Assembly: GCA_963817385.1 (NCBI GenBank)
Contig: CAWFOM010000020.1
Span: forward strand, 24,718-88,717
Source: an uncultured delta proteobacterium
Lineage (GTDB): Bacteria > Desulfobacterota > Syntrophia > Syntrophales > UBA5619
Length of the DNA: 64,000 bases
Reading direction: 5' to 3'
The notes beneath the pieces were generated by a model. The model was not told the DNA's origin and searched no databases. It was given only the letters and a program-made list of their open reading frames with translations. Position 1 is the stretch's first letter. Each line of letters opens with the position of its first letter. This document shows, piece after piece, positions 19,849 to 28,942 of the stretch. Made by a program: the position numbers and the translations under genes.

Positions 19849-20687
19849 AACCGGTCAGGATACTCACGATCGCCGGGTCCGATTCCGGCGGGGGAGCGGG
19901 GATACAGGCGGATCTCAAGACGATCACGGTTCTCGGAGGATTCGGGATGAGCGTCGTTACGGCGCTCACGGCCCAGAACACTCTCGGGGTCCACGGCATT
20001 TTCGACGTGCCGCCGGAGTTCATCGCGGCGCAGTTCGATGCAGTGGCGGGCGACATCGGCGTGGATGCGGCCAAGACAGGAATGCTCGCCGGTTCGGAGG
20101 TCATCCGGACGGTGGCGGGAAAGGTCCGCCAGTACCGGATTGCAAAGCTCGTCGTCGATCCGGTGATGGTGGCCAAAGGCGGGGCGTCGCTCATCCGCGA
20201 GGAGGCCAAGAAGACCCTGATCGCGGAATTGATCCCGCTCGCCTTCGTCCTGACGCCGAACATCCCCGAGGCAGAAGTCCTCTCCGGTATCCGGATCGGA
20301 ACTCTTGACGACATGAAGAAAGCGGCGCTGGTCATCCACGGCCTGGGGGCGCGGCATGTGGTCGTGAAGGGCGGGCATCTCTCCGGGGATGCGGTGGATC
20401 TCCTTTACGACGGAAACGAATTCCGGGAGTTTGCCGCACCGCGGATCGCGACGGCGGACACCCACGGGACGGGCTGCACCTATTCGGCGGCGATCGCGAC
20501 CGCCCTGGGCTTCGGAAAAGATGTCCCCGCGGCCGTGGCGGAGGCCAAGCGCTACATCACCGCCGCGGTGCGTCACGCGTGGCGGGTGGGCGGAGGGCAC
20601 GGACCCACGAACCACCTGGCGCCGCTCTTCGATGCCGGCGACGGGATGACGGCGACACGGCCGGCGGGGTGGGAATCGGCCGGCTAA
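19845..20687 (+). CDS. thiD: hydroxymethylpyrimidine/phosphomethylpyrimidine kinase
   Basis: TIAGSDSGGGAGIQADLKT, VDPVMVAK, TPNIPEAE, KGGH and THGTGCT. Confidence 0.96.
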   Translation: MKPVRILTIAGSDSGGGAGIQADLKTITVLGGFGMSVVTALTAQNTLGVHGIFDVPPEFIAAQFDAVAGDIGVDAAKTGMLAGSEVIRTVAGKVRQYRIAKLVVDPVMVAKGGASLIREEAKKTLIAELIPLAFVLTPNIPEAEVLSGIRIGTLDDMKKAALVIHGLGARHVVVKGGHLSGDAVDLLYDGNEFREFAAPRIATADTHGTGCTYSAAIATALGFGKDVPAAVAEAKRYITAAVRHAWRVGGGHGPTNHLAPLFDAGDGMTATRPAGWESAG

Positions 20688-20700
20688 GGGAGGAATCGCG

Positions 20701-21915
20701 ATGGAAAAGACGCAGCTCAGCGGGGTCAACCTCTTTTTTCTCTGGTTCGGCGCAGCGGTATCGGTTGCCGAGATCCTGACGGGGGGCTACCTCGCCGAAC
20801 TCGGGGCGGTGAAGGGGCTCTGGGCCATTATCCTGGGACACCTGGCGGGGACGCTGCTCCTGGTCCTCGCCGGCCTGATCGGATTCAGGGAGCGGCTCCC
20901 GGCCATCATGTCCACCCGGATCTCCTTCGGGAAGCAGGGATCATACCTCATCTCGCTCATCAACATCCTCCAACTCGTCGGCTGGACCGCGATCATGGTT
21001 ATCGAAGGGGGGACGGCGATGAACGTGATTGCCCGCACCCTGTGGCATTTCGACCGGCCGACCCTGATGTACTGCCTGATCGGCTTACTCGTCGGCCTCT
21101 GGGTATTCTGGGGGGTCAAGGGGTTCAAGAGGATCAATACCCTCGCTTCAGCGCTCCTGTTGATTCTCACCATCGTGATGAGCTGGGTTGTCTTCACCCA
21201 CCCGTCCGCTGCTGCGGAGGCGGCCAAGCAGAAGGGACCGTTCGGGATGGGGTTCGAACTGTCGATCATCATGCCGCTGAGCTGGTTCCCCCTGATTGCC
21301 GACTACACCTCGCTTGCCCGGTCGAAGCGCGGGGCGCTCATCGCCCCGTTCTGCGGATACTTCCTCGGGAGCTGCTGGATGTATGCGATCGGGATGGCCG
21401 GCGGGCTCCTCTCCGGATCGCCCGACCCCACCAAGATCATGCTGGCCGCGAACCTCGGACTCACGGCGCTGGCCATCCTGGGCCTTTCCACCGTGACGAC
21501 CACCTTTCTCGATGTCTATTCGGCCGGCGTTTCGCTTATCAACATCTTTCCCGGCGTCAATGACCGGATGGCCGCGGTCGCCTTCACTCTGATCGGCACC
21601 GGCATCGCCCTCGTCTTTCCGATCGACCGGTACACCGATTTTCTCTACCTGCTGGGGTCGGTCTTTTCGCCCCTGATCGCCATCCTCCTGCTCGATTATT
21701 TCCTCATCGGCTGCGACAACCGCGACCGCCGGACGGATGCGGTTGCCACCGTCTCCCTTGTGGCGGGATTCGCCTTTTACCATCTCGTCAAAGCCCAGGA
21801 GATCCCCATCGGCCCCACGCTGACGACCATCGTCTTTACCGCGGCCTTGCACGCCATCCTCCGAAGACGGGGGCGGCGGGAAAAAGCCCCGGGAGGCGGG
21901 CGTGTCGAGAGCTGA
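20701..21915 (+). CDS. cytX: putative hydroxymethylpyrimidine transporter CytX (NCS1 family)
   Basis: LWFGAAVSVAEILTG, QLVGWTAIM, MPLSWFPLIADY, STVTTTFLD and thiamine operon context. Confidence 0.85.
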   Translation: MEKTQLSGVNLFFLWFGAAVSVAEILTGGYLAELGAVKGLWAIILGHLAGTLLLVLAGLIGFRERLPAIMSTRISFGKQGSYLISLINILQLVGWTAIMVIEGGTAMNVIARTLWHFDRPTLMYCLIGLLVGLWVFWGVKGFKRINTLASALLLILTIVMSWVVFTHPSAAAEAAKQKGPFGMGFELSIIMPLSWFPLIADYTSLARSKRGALIAPFCGYFLGSCWMYAIGMAGGLLSGSPDPTKIMLAANLGLTALAILGLSTVTTTFLDVYSAGVSLINIFPGVNDRMAAVAFTLIGTGIALVFPIDRYTDFLYLLGSVFSPLIAILLLDYFLIGCDNRDRRTDAVATVSLVAGFAFYHLVKAQEIPIGPTLTTIVFTAALHAILRRRGRREKAPGGGRVES

Positions 21916-23227
21916 AGCCGCCGCCGTCGTCCGCCGCCTGCGGGAGGCCGGCCACGAGGCCTTCTGGGTGGGAGGGTGCGTCCGCGATCTCATCCGCGGC
22001 GTAACCCCCACGGATTTCGACATTGTCACCTCGGCCCGTCCGGAGGAGGTCCAAACCCACTTCCCCCGGACGATCGCCGTGGGCGCACGCTTCGGCGTTG
22101 TCGTCGTCAGCAAGGGGGAAGGCCTTTACGAAGTGGCGACCTTCCGGACCGAGGCTGATTACGACGACGGACGCCGTCCCTCCCGGATCGCCTTTGCGAC
22201 GGCCGAAGAGGATGTCCGCCGGCGTGATTTCACAATCAACGGCCTCCTCATGGATCCGGAGACCGGCCGGATAGTCGATCATGTGGAGGGATGCCGCGAC
22301 ATCGAGCGGCGCCTCATCCGGACGATCGGCGATCCGGGGGAGCGGTTCGCCGAGGACCACCTGCGGATGCTCCGGGCCGTCCGCTTCGCGGCCACGCTCG
22401 ATTTTGCGATCGAAGAGGCGACCTTCGCGGCCGTCCGGCGTCAGGCCGCCGCCATCCGGCGGATCAGCGCCGAGCGGATCCGGGACGAACTGGGCAAAAT
22501 CTTGGTGGGCGGCCGGGCGCGCCGCGGCATGGAGCTCCTCGCCGAAAGCGGCCTGATCAAAGAGATCCTCCCGGAGGCGGCGATCCTCCGGGGCGTCGGC
22601 CAGCCCCCGGTTTTCCATCCCGAGGGGGATGTCTGGGAACACACCCTGCGGATGCTCGACCTCCTGCCTGCGGGCGCCGATCCGCGTCTCGCCTGGGGGG
22701 TCCTGCTGCACGACGTCGGGAAGGCGGAGACCCGTTTCGAGGATGCCGCCGGCGTCCATTTCTACGGCCATGTCCGGCGGGGCGAGGAGATCGCCGCCGC
22801 TATCCTCTCCCGACTCCGCTTCTCCCGGCAGGAGACGGAGAGCATATGCGCCCTCGTCCGGAGCCATATGCTCTTCATGAATGTCCGCGAGATGCGGCCA
22901 AACCGCTTGAAGCGTTTTCTGCGGATGCCGGATTTCCCCCTCCACCTGGAGCTCCACCGCCTCGACTGCCTCGGGAGCCACGGCCTCCTCGACAATTACG
23001 AGTTCTGCCGGGAGCAGCTGAAGGCGTATTCCGAGGAGGAGCTCCGCCCGCCCCCGCTTCTGAACGGCGAGGACCTCATCTCGATGGGCTATACGCCCGG
23101 CCCGCTGTTCAAGGAGATCCTCAGAGCCGTTGAGGACGCCCAACTGGGAGGCGAGATCGCCACCCCCGGGGAGGCGCGGCGCCTGGTCCGGAAGCGGTGG
23201 GGGAGCCCACTCCCGCCGATCTCCTGA
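21902..23227 (+). CDS. cca: CCA tRNA nucleotidyltransferase with HD domain
   Basis: VGGCVRD, DFD, RRDFTING, EDHLRMLRAVRF, HPEGDVWEHT and LLHDVGK. The flexible loop (TEADYDDGRRP) is present. Confidence 0.88.
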   Translation: MSRAEAAAVVRRLREAGHEAFWVGGCVRDLIRGVTPTDFDIVTSARPEEVQTHFPRTIAVGARFGVVVVSKGEGLYEVATFRTEADYDDGRRPSRIAFATAEEDVRRRDFTINGLLMDPETGRIVDHVEGCRDIERRLIRTIGDPGERFAEDHLRMLRAVRFAATLDFAIEEATFAAVRRQAAAIRRISAERIRDELGKILVGGRARRGMELLAESGLIKEILPEAAILRGVGQPPVFHPEGDVWEHTLRMLDLLPAGADPRLAWGVLLHDVGKAETRFEDAAGVHFYGHVRRGEEIAAAILSRLRFSRQETESICALVRSHMLFMNVREMRPNRLKRFLRMPDFPLHLELHRLDCLGSHGLLDNYEFCREQLKAYSEEELRPPPLLNGEDLISMGYTPGPLFKEILRAVEDAQLGGEIATPGEARRLVRKRWGSPLPPIS

Positions 23228-23327
23228 ACGAAAACATCAGCTATTGATCGCTTGCATTTTCTTGTCATTTTCATAAGAATGGGGCCGCGGGAGCTGCCAA
23301 TTGCTTTCAAGAGACGGAATTTTTACC

Positions 23328-24110
23328 ATGGGCCTGCATGCATTTTTTCTCAAACGGATCGTTCTTTATTCCGGAGTAGTCATCATAATCCTTGCCTTCG
23401 GAGGATGCAGCCGGCCGGCTGTCCGGCATCCCGCCCCGCCGGTGAAGGCCTTGGAGCGCAAGGCGGTTCCCCATCTCGGCTATACGATCCAGGCGGGGGC
23501 CTTCACCCAGGCGGAAAACGCCGCCCGTCTGACCCGCGCTCTTCAGCAGAGGGAAGTCGATGCGACCTATTTCGCAGCCGGCAAAGGGCTCTACAAGGTA
23601 CGTTTTGGCAACTTCCCGACCCGGGAGCTCGCCCGCGCCCGGGCGGAAGAGATCCGCGGCGCGGGCATCATCGAAGAATATTACCTCGTCGCTCCCGGGG
23701 AGTATCCGGCGGCGCGGCGGGAGGAACTGGGCGAGGCTTACCTTCGTGAGGAAATGGTCCGGTCCGCCCGGAGTTTCCTTGGGGTTCCTTACCTCTGGGG
23801 AGGGACCTCATCCGATGCCGGTTTCGATTGCAGCGGGTTGACGATGACCGTCTATCAGCTAAGCGGGTTCGATCTTCCGCGAACGTCGCGGGAGCAGTTC
23901 ATGACGGGCAACCCCGTGGACCGCTCCTCCCTGGAAAAGGGGGACCTGATTTTTTTTGCTGAGCAGGAAGGGAAGGTCTCCCATGTCGGCATTTATGCCG
24001 GGGGTGGCCAGTTCATCCACGCCGCAGGGAAAGGGAAACGAATCCGGGTCGATTTCCTTTCGCAGGACTATTATCGCCGGATGTATCTCGGGGCGCGGTC
24101 GTATCTATAA
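23328..24110 (+). CDS. SPOR + NlpC/P60 peptidoglycan endopeptidase lipoprotein
   Basis: Lipobox FGGC, SPOR domain (YTIQAGAF, YKVRFGNF), GVPYLWGG, FDCSG, SHVG and FIHA. Confidence 0.9.
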   Translation: MGLHAFFLKRIVLYSGVVIIILAFGGCSRPAVRHPAPPVKALERKAVPHLGYTIQAGAFTQAENAARLTRALQQREVDATYFAAGKGLYKVRFGNFPTRELARARAEEIRGAGIIEEYYLVAPGEYPAARREELGEAYLREEMVRSARSFLGVPYLWGGTSSDAGFDCSGLTMTVYQLSGFDLPRTSREQFMTGNPVDRSSLEKGDLIFFAEQEGKVSHVGIYAGGGQFIHAAGKGKRIRVDFLSQDYYRRMYLGARSYL

Positions 24111-24265
24111 AATCCCTTCGCGCAGGGCTTGATGAACGTTCCGTTTTTTAGTATGGTTCCCGGTGTCATCAGGCAAAACCGTGGAAATGTCTTCGCGCAT
24201 CATCGCGAACGCATCTCTTCTCCGTTTACGCATGCTTGCTTCACCGCGGTGACCAACGAGGTGTT

Positions 24266-26782
24266 ATGCCCTTTCATCCTTGGCTGGCAATCCCGATCTG
24301 CCTTACTCTCGGATTCTCCGGCTGTATGAAGACAGTTGAACAGGTGGTCGTGCCGCCTCCCGTGCAGAAGGCCCGGATCGAACTCACGGGACCCTACGAC
24401 GGAGATATCCCCCGGGAATATCAGGACCGCCTGCGGGGCGTTGACGCCGACGACTGGACCATCCCCCCTGTTTTTCTTACCGTGGCGGGCTATTTCGAGA
24501 TGGAGGGGGAAGAGGGGAAGGCGCTCCACTTTCTGGACAGGGCCGCGGCGGCATTTGTCCGGAAGAGTGATTCATCCGGTGAGGCCCTGGTCTTCTGCCG
24601 GAAGGCTATCGTGTTGATGCATGCCGGTCGAGAGAGCGATGCCCTTGATCTGCTGCGGGAGGGGGCCGAAAGATGGACAACACCGCCTCTCAGGGCCTTT
24701 CCCGAATACGTTGATGGCCGCTACGCCCTTGAGCATGGCGATTTTATGCGCGCCCGGGATCTCCTCCGGCGTTCCCTCCAGGACAACACGAATTTTCAGA
24801 AAGATCTCCATCTCCTCCAGTTGAAGCGGGATACGGAACTTGCCGCCGGGATAGCCGCGGTTCTGTCGGAACATTTACCCCGCCTCACGGCGGCGTACGG
24901 CCTGCCGGAAACGCCGGAGGCGGAGAAGAGCCGTGCCGGTGAAGGCAGGGCACACCTTGATGCGGCACTGGTCATAAACAGAGAACTGCAGCAGACGAAG
25001 ATCGGAGAGTTAATCCCCGCTCGCGTTTTTGAGTGGTGCCGGGCCGAGGCATACGCCTTTCTGGGTCTCGACATGGGAATGCGGGGCAGCATGGAGGAAT
25101 CGTTTCGTCACCTCGGTTATGCGACGGATTTGTCGCGACGCGCCGGCTTCCGTGAGGGCGAGATCCTGAGTCTCGTCTTTCTGGGCGAACTCGGGTTCGG
25201 CGGGAGGAACCGCATCGAAGGGTTTCGGGCAGCCGGGATGCTCAGGGAAGGGGCGGACCGCTACCGCGCAGCGCCCTATCGCATCTGGGCACGGCTCCTC
25301 CTGGCCCGCTATGACCGTGAGGAGGGACGTTTCGGAGAGGCGATAGCGGCTCTGCAGGAGGCGGACGCGATCGTTGTAAGCCGGAGATCCGGAGCGGACG
25401 CGGGGATGTTCTCTGCGGTATGCCTGCGTCAGCGCCGGGTAGTCTATGAAACCCTCGTTGCGCTTTTTGCCGGTGAGGGGCGCGCCGGCGACGCCTTGAC
25501 GTCGGCAGAGAAGGCAAAAGCGCTCATGACCGCGGATCTTCTGGCGGGCCAGGATATCGGCGGGAGCGCCGCCGGGCGTGAGCTGCTCCGGCGGAAAACG
25601 GACATCGGGGAAACGATCGGGCTTCTCCAGCGGCGTATCCTGAGGGTATCCGGTGAAGCGGCTACCCGCCGGCTTCTGGAGCGACTCGCCGGCGCCGAAG
25701 CTCATTACCATGATCTGCTCGGCCGCCTGGGAGCGGAGGATGAGAAACTCCTCTCCCTGGTATCCGTTCGTGGGATCGAACCTTCTTCACTGCAGGCGCT
25801 GTTGGATAAGGAAACCACGCTATTCGACTACTTTGCGACGGACGGAAGCCTCTATGTCTGGGCCGTCAACCGCGAACGGATTCATCTGGAGCGGATCGCT
25901 CTCACCCGGGAGGCATTGAGGAGTCTCGTATTTTCCGTTCTCGATGCAATTCACGGGAAAAGCAAAAGGAGAACGGAGAGCCTCTCCCGCAAGGCATATG
26001 ATCTGCTCCTCAAACCGGTCATTCCGTTCGTTTCCGGGGAGCGGATCGGATTCATCCCCGATGACTGCCTCAGCTATTTTCCGTTTGCAGCAATGAATTA
26101 CCGGGGGAAGTTCCTGGTTGAAGGTTTTTCCCTCTTTCATCTCTCCGGCGCCGGCCTGCTCGAACAGGTCATGCCGGGAAAGGCCCCGACCGGCCTCAAG
26201 ATACTCGCCTTCGGAGACCCCGATCTGGAAAACGAGACGCTGGATCTCCACCACGCAAAAGAGGAGCTGGCGCAGATCCGCAAGCGGATCGGCAACTCGA
26301 CTCTTCTCCTCAATGAGCAGGCGTCGGAGGCGAAGGTGACCGAGATGATAGCGGGCTATGACGTCCTCCATTTTGCCGTCCGTGGACAGTTTTATCCCGA
26401 TGCGCCTCTCCGTTCTGGTCTCCTGCTTACGCCGGGCGCCGGTCAGGACGGTACCCTGAGCGTTCTCGAGATCTTCCGGCTTCGCTATCAGGGACGAGCC
26501 GTAGTGCTCAGCGGCTGTGATCCCTTGCCGGAGAAGGATCCGGAGGGGAACGCTCTCTCCACACTCCGGCAGGCGTTTCACTATGCGGGAAGCCCATCCG
26601 TCGTCTCGAACCTCTGGCTTGTTGATGATCGGGCGGCATCCGATCTCCTGGATATCTTCTACCGACAGCTGGCGAAAAACGAGACCCTTGCCGATTCTCT
26701 GCGGGCGGCACAGCTCCGTCTGCTCAGGGAGGGGTATCCTCCCTATGTCTGGGCGGCTTTTGTCCTGACGGGGAGGCAGTAA
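24266..26782 (+). CDS. TPR-like/CHAT domain lipoprotein
   Basis: GAGGTG SD, lipobox FSGC, helical repeat region, CHAT motifs [37 protein letters not shown] and WAAFVLTG. Confidence 0.85.
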   Translation: MPFHPWLAIPICLTLGFSGCMKTVEQVVVPPPVQKARIELTGPYDGDIPREYQDRLRGVDADDWTIPPVFLTVAGYFEMEGEEGKALHFLDRAAAAFVRKSDSSGEALVFCRKAIVLMHAGRESDALDLLREGAERWTTPPLRAFPEYVDGRYALEHGDFMRARDLLRRSLQDNTNFQKDLHLLQLKRDTELAAGIAAVLSEHLPRLTAAYGLPETPEAEKSRAGEGRAHLDAALVINRELQQTKIGELIPARVFEWCRAEAYAFLGLDMGMRGSMEESFRHLGYATDLSRRAGFREGEILSLVFLGELGFGGRNRIEGFRAAGMLREGADRYRAAPYRIWARLLLARYDREEGRFGEAIAALQEADAIVVSRRSGADAGMFSAVCLRQRRVVYETLVALFAGEGRAGDALTSAEKAKALMTADLLAGQDIGGSAAGRELLRRKTDIGETIGLLQRRILRVSGEAATRRLLERLAGAEAHYHDLLGRLGAEDEKLLSLVSVRGIEPSSLQALLDKETTLFDYFATDGSLYVWAVNRERIHLERIALTREALRSLVFSVLDAIHGKSKRRTESLSRKAYDLLLKPVIPFVSGERIGFIPDDCLSYFPFAAMNYRGKFLVEGFSLFHLSGAGLLEQVMPGKAPTGLKILAFGDPDLENETLDLHHAKEELAQIRKRIGNSTLLLNEQASEAKVTEMIAGYDVLHFAVRGQFYPDAPLRSGLLLTPGAGQDGTLSVLEIFRLRYQGRAVVLSGCDPLPEKDPEGNALSTLRQAFHYAGSPSVVSNLWLVDDRAASDLLDIFYRQLAKNETLADSLRAAQLRLLREGYPPYVWAAFVLTGRQ

Positions 26783-26831
26783 AGAAACAGCCGACCGCTG
26801 CGCCGGTCGAGAAAGAAAAGGTGCGATTCAC

Positions 26832-27890
26832 ATGGATTTTGAAAATTTGCTGGTTACCGGTGGGTGCGGTTTCATCGGGAGCAACTTCATCCGCCATCTA
26901 CTCGCGAAAACGGATTTCCGGGGGAGGATCATTAATGCAGACAACCTGACCTATGCGGGAAATCCGGAAAACCTCGACGGTATCGGGGAGGCCTGGCCGG
27001 GTCGTTATCTCTTCCGGAAGGCGGACATTTGCGATGCGCCTCTGGTCCGGGATCTCTTCGACGAGTACGGGATCGACGCCGTCTGTCATTTTGCCGCCGA
27101 GTCCCATGTCGACCGCTCAATCCTGAGGCCTGGCGGTTTCATTCAGACCAATATCCTGGGGACCTTCAATCTCCTCGAAGCGGCGCGGGGCAGGGGAAGG
27201 AGCTTCCGGCTCTTCCACCACATCAGCACCGACGAGGTGTACGGCAGCCTCGGTCCGGAAGGGTCATTCACCGAAGAGACGCCTTACCGTCCGAACAGCC
27301 CCTACTCCGCCTCCAAGGCCTCGTCCGACCATCTCGTCCGGGCCTACCATGAAACCTATGGCCTGCCGACGACGCTTTCCAACTGTTCCAACAACTACGG
27401 CCCCTACCAGTTCCCGGAAAAGCTTATCCCGCTCGTGGTTCTCAACGCCTTGGAAGGGAAACCCCTCCCCGTCTACGGAGACGGGCGGAACGTCCGCGAC
27501 TGGCTCTACGTTACGGACCACTGCGAGGCGATCCTGACGATCATGCGGCGGGGCCGGCGCGGGGAGACCTACAACGTCGGCGGTCATGCGGAGATGGAAA
27601 ACATCGCCATCGTGGAGATGATCTGCGATCTCGTGGATGAATGCGCGCCGCTTCCCGCAGGGGGGGCCAGGCGGCGGCTGATCACCTTCGTGAAGGACCG
27701 ACCCGGCCACGACCGGCGCTATGCGATTGACTTCGAGAAACTGCACAGGGAACTCGGCTGGTCTCCCGTGGAGTCCTTCCCCTCAGGCCTCCGGAAGACC
27801 GTACGGTGGTACGTCGAGAATCGGGCCTGGAGTGAGCGAATCAGGAGCGGAGAGTACCGCGCCTGGATCAGCGAGCAGTATGGGGAGTAG
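26832..27890 (+). CDS. rfbB: dTDP-glucose 4,6-dehydratase
   Basis: [43 protein letters not shown] and [10 protein letters not shown]. Confidence 0.96.
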   Translation: MDFENLLVTGGCGFIGSNFIRHLLAKTDFRGRIINADNLTYAGNPENLDGIGEAWPGRYLFRKADICDAPLVRDLFDEYGIDAVCHFAAESHVDRSILRPGGFIQTNILGTFNLLEAARGRGRSFRLFHHISTDEVYGSLGPEGSFTEETPYRPNSPYSASKASSDHLVRAYHETYGLPTTLSNCSNNYGPYQFPEKLIPLVVLNALEGKPLPVYGDGRNVRDWLYVTDHCEAILTIMRRGRRGETYNVGGHAEMENIAIVEMICDLVDECAPLPAGGARRRLITFVKDRPGHDRRYAIDFEKLHRELGWSPVESFPSGLRKTVRWYVENRAWSERIRSGEYRAWISEQYGE

Positions 27891-27924
27891 GCGGGACGCC
27901 CTTCAGGAAAAGGGCGTCCCGCCT
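27889..27924. terminator. perfect 15-bp hairpin after rfbB
   Basis: AGGCGGGACGCCCTT-caggaa-AAGGGCGTCCCGCCT, with no clear U-tract. Confidence 0.55.
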
Positions 27925-28011
27925 CCATCCGCCAGGCCGTGTGACCGTCGTTTGCGCAAACCGGGACGATTTCGCGGGGAGATCAGAAGGGGGTGCAGTC
28001 TCTCTTTAGAG

Positions 28012-28040
28012 TTGACAATAGGGATAAAAGACGTTACATG
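28012..28040 (+). promoter_or_regulatory. putative sigma70 promoter of the methyltransferase gene
   Basis: TTGACA-N17-TACATG. Confidence 0.4.
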
Positions 28041-28105
28041 GACCAACGCGAACGCACCGGCGTAGTGCCGGTCATCATGAGAGAAAACTGACGAAGGAGA
28101 ATTCT

Positions 28106-28942
28106 GTGGGGAGACGGCCAGTTTTTTACATTATGGAACATGAGGAGGAGACCGACCGCCTTGAAAAGAAAACCGATCCTTCCGATGTGCGCAGACAGGC
28201 CCAATGGTGCGGGATAAAACCGGGTCAGCGTCTCTTGGATGTATGCTGCGGCCCGGGGAAGACAACGGCGATCCTCCACGATCTCATTCAACCGGGGGGA
28301 TCCATTGTCGGTTTTGACGCCTCCTCCAAACGGATTGCCCATGCCACAAAACACTATGGAAACAAAGCGGGCATTGAATTTGCCATCCACGATATACTGG
28401 AGCCGTCGACTCGTTTGGGTACTTTCGATGCGATCTGGGTCCGGTTCGTTCTGGAATATTACCGTGAGGAAAGCAAGGATATCGTCCGGAATCTTGCGGA
28501 TAATCTCAATCCGGGCGGCGCTCTGCTTCTGATCGACCTTGATTATAATTGCCTGAGCCATTACGCACTGCCGTTGCCAATGGCAAAGATCATCCCCGAA
28601 ATCTTCAATCGTCTGGAAAAGGTCTATAACTTCGACGCCTATGCGGGCCGTAAACTTTACTCCCATCTTTTTGATCTTGGCTTCGAAGACATCGAGATCC
28701 AGGTCACCGCCCATCACGTCATTTATGGCTCGATCCGGAATATTGACAGTTACAACTGGACAAAGAAAATTGAGGTGATCGCCCCGCGGTTAGCCGATCT
28801 TTTCGAGACATATCCCGGGGGATATCAGGCGTTTCTCATGGATTTCCGTACTTATTTCCATGATCCCCGGCGGTTCACCTATACCCCTCTCATCATGTGC
28901 AAAGGGAAAAAGCCGACAAACGGCGCCCCCGATCAATCCTGA
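28106..28942 (+). CDS. class I SAM-dependent methyltransferase
   Basis: Motif I LLDVCCGPG, IVGFDAS, FDAIWVRFVLEY and LNPGGALLLID. The start could be the ATG at 28133. Confidence 0.9.
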   Translation: MGRRPVFYIMEHEEETDRLEKKTDPSDVRRQAQWCGIKPGQRLLDVCCGPGKTTAILHDLIQPGGSIVGFDASSKRIAHATKHYGNKAGIEFAIHDILEPSTRLGTFDAIWVRFVLEYYREESKDIVRNLADNLNPGGALLLIDLDYNCLSHYALPLPMAKIIPEIFNRLEKVYNFDAYAGRKLYSHLFDLGFEDIEIQVTAHHVIYGSIRNIDSYNWTKKIEVIAPRLADLFETYPGGYQAFLMDFRTYFHDPRRFTYTPLIMCKGKKPTNGAPDQS

